A DNA stretch of 63,725 nt, the filler included, from Sluysia triapertura (taxonomy: Eukaryota): assembly GCA_046118255.1 (NCBI GenBank). It is 4 parts of 4 records of this genome, joined end to end, with 100 filler letters (N's around TTAATTAATTAA, not from the genome) between each part and the next. Parts side by side here need not be neighbours in the genome. Positions count along the whole stretch, not along the records: positions 46,791 to 63,725 come from JBJNIA010195488.1; 3 more parts are not named here. The stretch is one strand, 5' to 3'. Below are positions 53,871 through 63,725 of this stretch, piece by piece. Both the position numbers and the translations under genes were made by a program. Under the pieces are notes generated by a model that was given only the letters and a program-made list of their open reading frames with translations, did no database searches and was not told the DNA's origin. Positions within the stretch are counted from its first letter, which is position 1. The number at the start of each line of letters is the position of its first letter.

Positions 53871-54380
53871 ATATACTTTAATATTTGTTTTTATGTTTTA
53901 TGTGAGTTTTTTATGATACTGGACTTAATCACTAAAGGACTAGCACATAGATTTACAGCGTCAATAAAAGAATGTAAAATTGGAGGTATATATATTGTCG
54001 GTCCTACATGTTTCTTAATTCTAAACACTTATTACAATTGTATTTTCCTAATAAAGATTTTATTATGACTTTTAATATAATAATAAGAATAATTATTTAT
54101 TAAAACACAAAAAGTTAAATCAAATATTGTTTTATTCAAAAAATTGTTCAACTCAAAAATGCTAATGATTATAAAATGTTAAATCAAATACAAACTTCAG
54201 TATCATTTTATGCAAAAAATTGTCATATTTAATAATCAAGTGTGCTTATAAAGTGTTAAATTACATACACAGAATTATATATTATAATATTAAATTTAAT
54301 CACAAAATATCACACGAAATATTATATAGAAATTAAATGTTCGTTTAACGTCTGTATTACTATCGTTAGACTTCATAAAA

Positions 54381-54452
54381 TGGACTGACCGGGGATCGAA
54401 CCTGGGACCTCTCGCTGCACAGTTCCATGTTCTACCACTCAGCTATCAGTCC
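54381..54452 (-). pseudogene. tRNA-like element (tRNA pseudogene or SINE head, Ala-like 3' half)
   Basis: GGACTGATAGCTGAGTGGTAGAACATGGAACTGTGCAGCGAGAGGTCCCAGGTTCGATCCCCGGTCAGTCCA+TTTT. It has a 7-bp acceptor stem, A box, B box and T-tract, but the D stem is mismatched and the anticodon stem is unpaired. Confidence 0.8.
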
Positions 54453-55179
54453 CGTCTAACAATTTTAGATTTATTATAGGCCTGTATCCCAACACTGATA
54501 AATATTTAATAATATTAATTTATAATTATTAAATTATTATTGAATTTAAGTGTAATTTATGTTATTAATTAAATTTACCTTAACTAAGTAAAAAAACTAA
54601 CGATTAGTTTAGTATTATAAAATATCTAATTGATCCCAACGAGACTCAGATTAAAACTCAGTATAATCAGAAAGTAATCAATGAATTCAAAATAAAATAT
54701 GACTTCTGGAACAATTAGTAAATTTTAAAAAACAAAATGCTCTTCCAAATATCAACTTTATGTTTTTTCGTAATTTTAATTCTGATATTTTAAACGAGAT
54801 CTCATTTTTTAAATAGGTTTTTCTTACCAAGTATTATTGTAAACAATGAATTAATAATAATAATATTTGTTAAACAATAATGGTTTTGTTTTAATAGTAT
54901 TAATGTTTTAAATAATAATTCTATAATATTTTGATAATTTTATATTTTGATTTAATATTTTTTAAACAACAACAATAATAATAATAATTTTGTTTTTTTA
55001 TAATATTTCAATTTAATTTAATAAAGAAATTGATATTAATTTCAATTTAATTTAATTATTATTTATTACACAATTTAATTTAATAATTATTTATTGCATG
55101 AAAATACCTCTATATATGATATATAGAGTTACTACACATAATATATAGAGTTATATAAATATAGTTATAGTTTAAAAAA

Positions 55180-55263
55180 ATGTGGTGTGGGTTTGTTTGG
55201 GGGCGCTAAGTTATATTTATTCTGAAAAGGGGGCGGTATGACCGAAAAGTTTGGGAATCACTG
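55180..55263 (+). mobile_element. hAT (Charlie/Buster-type) right terminus
   Basis: AAGGGGGCGGTATGACCGAAAAGTTTGGGAATCACTG is the reverse complement of a CAGTGxTTCCCAAAC-type TIR. Confidence 0.65.
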
Positions 55264-58108
55264 TATTACATGAACACACATCATATTACTCATGTAAAAC
55301 CCATAAGCGATAAAGCGTATAGAGTTGTTACGAAGGCAAGAGACATATAATGCAAATATGGATACAGATCATAAGTCCCTGTTTGAAAAGTTAATTAGTA
55401 AACTTGATGTAAAAGCAGTCGAGGCTATATATTATGCAGCTCTTATGATTTTTGAACTAGAACAAGACAACAGCTTCGAAGTAAGATTCTTTCCCTTATT
55501 ACTGAATTTTTCTATTCCATCGAATTCTTTCTCCCATATTGTTATGTGTTTAATAAATTAATAGGAACGTCTTATTTTTTTTCAATCAAAATCATTATAT
55601 CTTTTGTAATCACTAATGATGTTAAATTTTGTCTTAATAAATTTAATATTAATAAGCGTACATAATAATATTATCTTTAAAATAATAACAGAAAATAATG
55701 AACATCACGGAACCTATGTATTTAAGATTATGATTACATTGTAAAAATAATGGCCAATTTAGTCTAATCCTTAACATGTAATAAAGAATCTTAAAATGTT
55801 TTAGTAAAAATTTGTAGTATTAATATACAAATCTACTAATATTAAAAACGTAAATGGAAGCAATGGTAATATACGCCAATAGTAATATTCGATGTACTAA
55901 GTTGAATACTAAATTATGCCCAGTATTTTGTTATGTTTTGTTTCAATTTTGATTTCTTGACAATAAATTAAATTAAAAAATAAAATATTTGTATTCTTAT
56001 TTGTTGAATAATCCAATAAATATAAAATATTACTCAAAGCAAATGCATTACTAAAAGTATTAATATGTGATGAGTTTATTATTATTAATAAAGAATAACC
56101 TACGATTATAAATAATTTAAATTTATTATTAAGTTTTTCTCTGATCGAAGCATTACGCAATTAAGGGCTTGTTCACAGGATTTTTTATAAAAGAATCTTA
56201 AAGAAAAAGTACGAGTTCAACGTATAATATTAACGTGTGAATCTCAAAGAGATTTCTGAATGCTATTTTGTGCCATAGTCAATTAGAATTGAGTCAAGAC
56301 TGTTATAAAACTTTTTTTTTCGTTTATACGAATTTAAGTCTTTTTTAATACAGGTCGTGAAAAATATCATTTTAAAAACCTATTTAAAACGATTCTGAAA
56401 AATCAAATAACGACTGAGTTTTGAAGTTAAGGCTACATAATTTAAGTAATATCCTAAAATTTTAATTACATATTATATTGTACGAAACCAATCGTCAACA
56501 TTCATAATACGTGATTATTTAATTAAGTTTGTTTTCATTTTTAATAATAATTTCTCTATAAATAAAGACAAAACTGATTTTATATTTTTTTCGGCCAATA
56601 AAGTTTTGCTTACACAAAAAAAATTAAGATATATTTAAATAAAATTATTTAGACACAAATACATAAATGTCCACAATACGTTAGTTTAGTTTAAACTTCT
56701 ATCTACTCAAGTGCTCAGGTTTATGAATTTGAATTTTGATAATAAAAATCGAATGGATCAAATACATTAATACATTCAAGTTTCACATCAATTACAAGTC
56801 AATATTCATCATACAAATTACTTAAATTATTTAAAATGTAATCACTTTCATCAAAATATGACGGACTTTTGTACCGTGGTTAGACAACTTTAAACACATT
56901 ATTAAGTAAGAGTATTAATTGAATTTCGTGGCGAATTACCTCAGCAATATCGGCGATACTACTAACTCAAATGACTTGTTGGATCTATATCTCTGGGTTA
57001 TTTCAAAAATTATGACTTTGTCAAAGTTTTAATTTTATTTTTCACATTTTTTGTAGTAATTTTGATGTTCGTTGAATTTTTTGTTTTGTTTCTATTTTTG
57101 GATATGTGAATTTTAAAGTTAATTGGTTAAAAATTTATAGAATTTAGATGTATGCATAAAACATCAAACCTTTTCTGATAGCATTATTTATTGCTCTTTC
57201 GAACAAATCTAATTAATTTGTGTATATTTTGACAAACAAAACCACTAAATATAATTTTATAAATTGTCAATTAGAGTTTTTATTGTAAAGCAAAAACAAA
57301 ATCAGAAATATATCACAATTTTATTAAATTGATGATATAATAAGATTAAAAATGTATATTTAAAAAATAATGAATTTTTAATGACAAAATCCATATGTTA
57401 TATTAGCATCATTTTGGTAATACGAAATTCTACAAAATTACTATTGATTATTAATCAATTATTTATAATTAATACAATTATATATCATGAATTAATTGTT
57501 TCTGTTGCAAGCTAATAATATTGTTAGAAATATAAAAAATGATTTTAACTTTGTAAACATATATCTTGGATAAATTAAAGTTAGTAAGAATGCAGATTCA
57601 TTTGTGACTGCGAAGAAAGTTAATGATTTTAGTAAGCATTTTTAAACAATTTCATTTATTTATAGACTATATTATTTCATCGAGAAGCTATTTACAAAAA
57701 ACCGATAATAGTACAAATTAGTTAACTGAAATAATTTCAATGCTATGGTTTTTCTAACACTTAACCTACGCAAAATAAAAATTCAGCAAGGTGGGCGTTC
57801 CTGTAACTATATTTTAGCAAATCTTAATTTAAAATTACATAAGTCTCTCTTTTACTTCTACAATTTAGCTTATATCCATTTCTTTAATAATTATTCTTAG
57901 AGGTGTCGTGGTTTTATTTGTATACTTAAGTTTTGAAACGCAAAACAAATTATAAACAAGTTATAAATACATGAAAATTTATTCAAAACACATTTAGTAT
58001 TTATTTTCTTTAATCCTGTATGTGCCTTCCCTCAGTTCTTACGTTCCACCATCTAACTAAAAATCACAGATTATAATATTATTATTAAAAGGATAAGAAT
58101 TAATTACT

Positions 58109-59286
58109 TTAATTAATTTCATTAATATACGAAATGTTATTGCTCCAATTTAGATTTAATACTCCAAGACTACTAAGGATGTTTTCAACTCTGGAGAAAT
58201 GATCGGCATACTGTCTAAATTCAGTATTTGGAGTTGATAATTGGGTATATGCAACCGATCCCATACTTAACACAAGTTCGAATAGACAGATTGCCTTTTT
58301 GATAACTTCATCAGAATTTGGTACGTTTATAGCATTTGTAGCAAATGTGCATTTCTCTGATCGAAAGTCGTCTTGGAATTCATAAGGATATAAACCGTCA
58401 GCAGGATTTTTGATATTTTCTTCGCTTGCTAATGTATTATTATTCTGTAAAATAGCTTGTTGATCATTCGCATAGTTTGGTGGTGAGAATTCTACAGCAT
58501 AATCTTTAATATCGGCCATAACGTTAATTAGAACTGCGCATTGTGTTTGTATATCTTGAGAAAAATTGTCATCATCATCGCTAATCATAATAGATTCCAT
58601 TTTCATTGATATATCGTCGATATTAGGAACTTCTAATGAATTGACAGTGACATTGTTGAATTTAAGTCGGCTAATTGTAATGCATGTATTTACTTTTATA
58701 GTAATATTTTATCTGACTTTTAATGTAATTCTTTGGATGACTTTAACAATGCGTGAAATATTTTACTAATTTCAAGATCTCTTAGGAATAAACCTTTAGT
58801 ATAAAAGCGACTTTAAAATTTCATATTATATTTTATTGATTGAATATAATAATTTAAGGTTGATTCATGGAAAAAGTGTATAAACCAAATTCTAATGTAA
58901 TCGATCTTTGTAACGAGATTGTTGACATGGAGCTGATATTCAACACAATCCTTCGCACTTCTTTCTTTTATAGATATCCAAAGTTTATGATCAGAACTGC
59001 ATTTGGGTATAATAAATATACATCTAATAAATAAATATCTAATAAATATAATAGATATACACATGAGTTGTTGATGTAAGAGTACTGCTTCGATGGTAGG
59101 AGTTTCCATACAATGATCGTGATTAAAATAAACATCTCTAGTAATTTCGTTGCTATCAGTATCTATCGTTTCGTATTGATAGAGGTCAGAATCATGATGA
59201 CAATTATTTGTAATATTTTCTCTTTGACTGAGTAATTTTAATTCTTCAAGTTTTAAACTTTTGATTTTCTGCTTTACTTCATTCAT
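58109..59286 (-). CDS. hypothetical protein (spliced or disrupted), unidentified
   Basis: Two long collinear ORFs (178 and 165 aa) with protein-like composition. A candidate ~39-nt GT-AG intron lies near 59025-59062. The junction between the ORFs is unresolved. Confidence 0.4.
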
Positions 59287-59561
59287 TATTGACGAGATGA
59301 TAAAATAAAATTCATAAAGATTAACCGAGCAATAATTACGAAAAATCAATTTACATACAATGTAGCAGAATTTATGAAAAGTTAAGTAAAATAAAGTATT
59401 ATTAAACGTTTTTTTTTAAAATTCTCAATTTTATTTTTAAAAATCTTTTTAAGTTTTCAAATAACAAATAATTTCTTGTGTGAGTTTTTGTACTAATAAA
59501 ATTATTTTGAGTATCTGTGTCTGGATAATAATGATAAAATAATGATGAAAATAATGATAAA

Positions 59562-59852
59562 GTTTGCTCTGGTTGGACAGCCAGTAATAATCATTGTTCA
59601 TGAATTGATTGATAGATGAACCACTATCAGTGGTGACAGTGACTGTAAATGTAAATTAATGCAGTTACCACTGGTAGTGGTAGTTACTAAATTAATTGAT
59701 AAAATAAATTATTGTGAATAAAAGTAATAAAAATGATAATAATAATACAATGTTATTATTATTTATAACAATTAATTGCATAAGTTTCTTAAATTCTTTA
59801 CAACATTAACTTTTCTTATACTCTTTTGTTTATTCTCAACATATTTAAATCT
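59562..59852 (-). repeat. repeat family B module (inverted copy of 34432-34712)
   Basis: CTCTGGTTGGACAGCCAGTAATAATCATT...ACCACTATCAGTGGTGACAGTGACTGTAAATGTAAATTAATGCAGTTACCACTGGTAGTGGTAGTTACTAAATTAATT. Confidence 0.9.
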
Positions 59853-62543
59853 ACTAAAAAAAGTTAAATGTCTTTAATGATGTAGGAACTTACGATTTAA
59901 GATTTTAAATGATATAAATATTTTAGGTGGATTTTAATTATACATTGATGTCATGAATGAAATAATATTTAGATGTTAGTAGATCGTTGGTTAAAATGTG
60001 TTGAAAGAGAGTAGTTTCGATGAAGAAAAGAAGATAAATTATTGTTTAGCTTTTGGTATGTTCGTGAGGTGACTATACAATGTTAAAAATATGAATTATT
60101 TTTTTGATGTTTAAGTAATATTGTCTTTCTGTGCTGTTGGAAATTAAATGATAACATGCCATGAATTTAGAATGTTTGAATTAATTTGAAGATGTCTGAT
60201 AGTTTATTTCGAATGTGGTTGTAGTTGGATTGTTATAACATGACGAATAAAATATTTTTGATGAATTTTTACTATAATTTGATGGTTTTGAATGACGTTA
60301 TGGTTTGTATTTTATGAGATTGTAGATTTAAAATGTTTTGAAGAATGGAAGTTGATTTTGGTGGATCTGGAAAGAAACGGTTTTGACGAATTCTGAAAGG
60401 TTGTTGCGTGGTGTTGAAAAGAATATGATTTTAGTTATTTTTGTATTAAATTGTGAATTTAAAAAATGCGAATTGTAGATTTTGGGGGTGAGTGTTATAT
60501 TGATATAGGATTGTGTAAAAAATGTTTTTAATGAATTTTTGAAAATATATATTATATTTAAAATAAAATTTTTAATAAAATTTGTTAAAAGTAATAGGTT
60601 AGCCACCATAAGAGGATCTTACTCTATCTATCGTTTTTAATTTTGAATTCAAAAATGCTTTTATCCTAGATTCAATAAATAAATGAAGCAACTAAAATTC
60701 AACAAAATTTCTATTATAGAAATGTAAATTTACAATGAACTTATATAATAGAGTTAGAATTCAAGAATAAAATAAATTTAAAATTGAAACTAAAATCTAT
60801 TGAGGTTTTTAATATTTTGATAATAATAAATTTTAAAATTGAGTTTACCCCTCAATAAATCGGGGAATTAAAATAAATTAGAGTTTACGTGGATTTTATG
60901 AAATTAATTTTGAAAATTAATATCGACCTAACAAAAAATAACTTAGAAAATGCATGAACATTTAAGGTAATCAAAATCGTGTCAGACTGAGCATAGCGAA
61001 ATAGTATGATAAGAAATTCTCCAACTAAAATTGACGTCGGTATCTAAAATCTACCAATGAATGATCAAAATTTTTGTGATTGAAAACTGTGAAACAAGAT
61101 TGAATGTAAAATCAAAATCGAAGCGGAATTATGGTGTTTTTATTTTAAAAACAAAAATGAAGACTGAATTTTTGTGTGCCCTTATGATTAACTGTGGCTA
61201 TTTATATATAACCGACTGACAATCATAGAAGAGAAGGATTCTAGAATGCTATTTTTTAGAAAATTAGATTTTTAAATGACTTTAGCGCGGTATAGTGAAA
61301 TTTTAAATAAATTTAGAGGGTTGGGATGGCAACCTAATATAATATATATTAAAAATTATTAAAAATAAAATAAGCTAACTTTAACAAAAGGATTATAATT
61401 GATTATATATACAATTGAAGTTGATATTAAACTTTTAATTGATTTACTAAATAAATAATATTTAACTATATTATAAATTAGAAAATCTTTGTACAAATTA
61501 ATGGAAAAATGAATGCCAGTTTTTAATCAAACTGCAATGTTTGGGTTTAGCTACAATCCATGACTTAAAACGTTCAGTAGGAGTATCAGTAGCTGTGGAA
61601 AAACTCAACTCTACTTTATGAAATTAATTGTGTGTGTACTCTTAAACTTATTTTACTTAAATGGTAAAAATTAAATTCATTTATATATGCTTGTATGCTA
61701 GATTTAAGTTATCTTACTAAGGTCTATTTACAGGTTTTAGAAGCAAATATAATATTCCTTAGTAATTAATAAGTTGCCACCATTATGATTCAACTTTAAC
61801 AAAATTAACAGAATTAATGTTTGAAAAATTAAAAGTGTAATAACGAGAAATAAAAAGAGAAATATAGGATCAAAAGCATATAGATAATAAACATTATCGA
61901 AGTCAAATTGAAAGTATAGTATGATTAGCCTTTCGACTATTTGAATTTTTCTATTAAAATGCATTAAACTGTTAATTGTTTTTTCTTAAATCAAGCATCT
62001 AATGTTATCTTTTCTGCAAATTTCTTGGCTGTTCATGTTCAAATTATTTTAATAACCTTAACTTCTAACATTACTGTCTATTTCATTATTATGCTACACT
62101 ATTACGTATTTTTTATGCAAATTCTTAGTTTCTTATGTCTTGAATTCTTAAATGTTTTCACTCGTTTACAAAACCAACATTCAACACAATTATGAAGATC
62201 TATCAATGAAAATGAATAAAATTCACAAATATATTAGAATAATAAAAAAAGGCAGAAAATACAAATGTTAAAATTAAGACGTTTTTCGGATATTTAATTT
62301 TATTTTACAATTTTATTTACAATTTTCAAAAATTGTAGTTGTAATCAAAATTAGAACTGAGAATTAATGACTATCCTTGTAATTCAGCTGAATCTAATTT
62401 TTATAAGAACCAAGCACAATCAACTATAATTCTCGAATTTTCCAGAAGATTTCATATAATTATTTTTTCAAAATTTTGTTTTCATTTTTTATAATTTTAA
62501 AGGATTATGATAGTACCTTAACAATTTTATACTGATTTATTAA

Positions 62544-62753
62544 CCACTTGACAGTTCTGTCCGAACTGTAATCGGGCGTGAGGTTTTCCCCCGCTCGTTC
62601 GGGCAAGTTTTGTTTTAACTTGTAGATAGTGATTTGCTACTTACTGAGTAAATTTATTGTAATTAATTAATTGTATTAATAAATGTGATTAAATAAAAAG
62701 AAAAGTGACAATTTTTTTAGCTCTTTACTCAAAGAAATCCGACTGTTAAGTGG
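62544..62753. mobile_element. 210-bp MITE, piggyBac-type
   Basis: TTAA|CCACTTGACAGT ... ACTGTTAAGTGG|TTGG: a 12-bp TIR with one mismatch, TTAA on the left and a degenerate site on the right. Confidence 0.65.
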
Positions 62754-63725
62754 TTGGATAAGTAAACTTAATGAATTATCAACTAACGATACAAGATAAT
62801 TTTACACAAAAACAATTATCGATCTAATATGTAGCGACTAGTAATATCCATGCTGGTACGATAGTTTGAAAAATGCTGTTAATTCCGATTAATATAAGTT
62901 CATCAATTTCTTGAAACATGCTTTTAAAACGCATTTGTTAAGACTGATTATTGAGTTTTTAATGTATAAACAATGTTCTATAGATAATTTATTATTGTCA
63001 GTATATTATATTATTATTGAAGCAGGATTTCCATAGATTTATAGAAATATAACTCATTCTAAACGAAGACTTTCGATCATCCATAAACTATTTTACAATT
63101 TTGTTTCCGTTTCGACGTGGAATTTAATATTGTCATATTTCAGAAACTCTCGAAACACACTAATTCTCATAAAAATTGATAATTTTTATAATAAATCATA
63201 AGTAACATCTCTTCTCATTAATTAATTGGAATTTTAAATTTATATATTGTTACAATAAAGAAAACCCTTTAGTATAATTTTAATTGATACAAATTTATAA
63301 ATTTATTTTTTTATAATATTTACATTAATAGATTTATTTTTGTGTTTAAAATATTATTTTATTAATAGAAATTTGGTTTTATTATTTATTTATTAGATCC
63401 TAACTAATATTCATTTTTATTCTGTAATGATGGTAGTAAAAAAATATACTATAGAGAAGCAAATTTTCAGATGTAATTTCAACAATATCTTAAAGAAGAA
63501 CACGATGTTTCTTTGGTTCATAAATTATTGAAGGAGGTAATAGTCTTATTAAATCACTTAGATTATTCTTTGAAAGAGGGGTTTCAGTAGTTCTAATTAA
63601 TAACCCTGGAATATGCTACAATCTAATATAAAAAATTTTAAAAATTTTAAAAATTACAATTAATAATTAATCAAGCAGCAAGATTAATTCTCCAAGTTGG
63701 AAGAAGATCTCATATAACACCCTAT

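Noticed and set aside
54381-54452. Functional tRNA-His(GTG)
   Set aside because: The anticodon stem does not pair, the D stem is mismatched, and the body is unlike tRNA-His.

Overview
Very AT-rich eukaryotic (animal-like) nuclear DNA. It is built from at least four contigs joined by artificial N44-TTAATTAATTAA-N44 linkers (18731, 31401, 46691), plus one plain N gap (31152-31328). Manual splicing recovers five conserved genes. (1) A complete 3-exon HRG-1/SLC48A1-like 4-TM heme transporter (566-1088), of which the ORF track shows only the last exon. (2) The 5' part of a VIP1/PPIP5K inositol pyrophosphate kinase. (3) The 5' part of TFIIH p44 (GTF2H2/Ssl1). (4) N-terminal exons of an usherin (USH2A)-like gene. 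(5) A divergent RBBP4/7-like WD40 histone chaperone. Introns are bimodal: 33-37 nt mini-introns versus long, repeat-filled ones. This pattern suggests a reduced invertebrate such as an orthonectid (inference only). The rest is largely decayed mobile DNA: Ty3/gypsy gag, protease, RNase H and integrase fragments, Penelope-like RT, Tigger/pogo, hAT and piggyBac-type ends, and satellites. The most unusual items are a gypsy remnant with integrase, a second retropepsin, a Pro-rich linker and an env-like membrane region in that order; a twin-palindrome repeat module sitting upstream of gene fragments (including an IP3R/RyR-like pseudo-exon); a tRNA-shaped Pol III element with a perfect acceptor stem but a broken anticodon arm; and a 20-aa tandem-repeat ORF. 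All homology calls come from motif recognition by eye; no searches were run.
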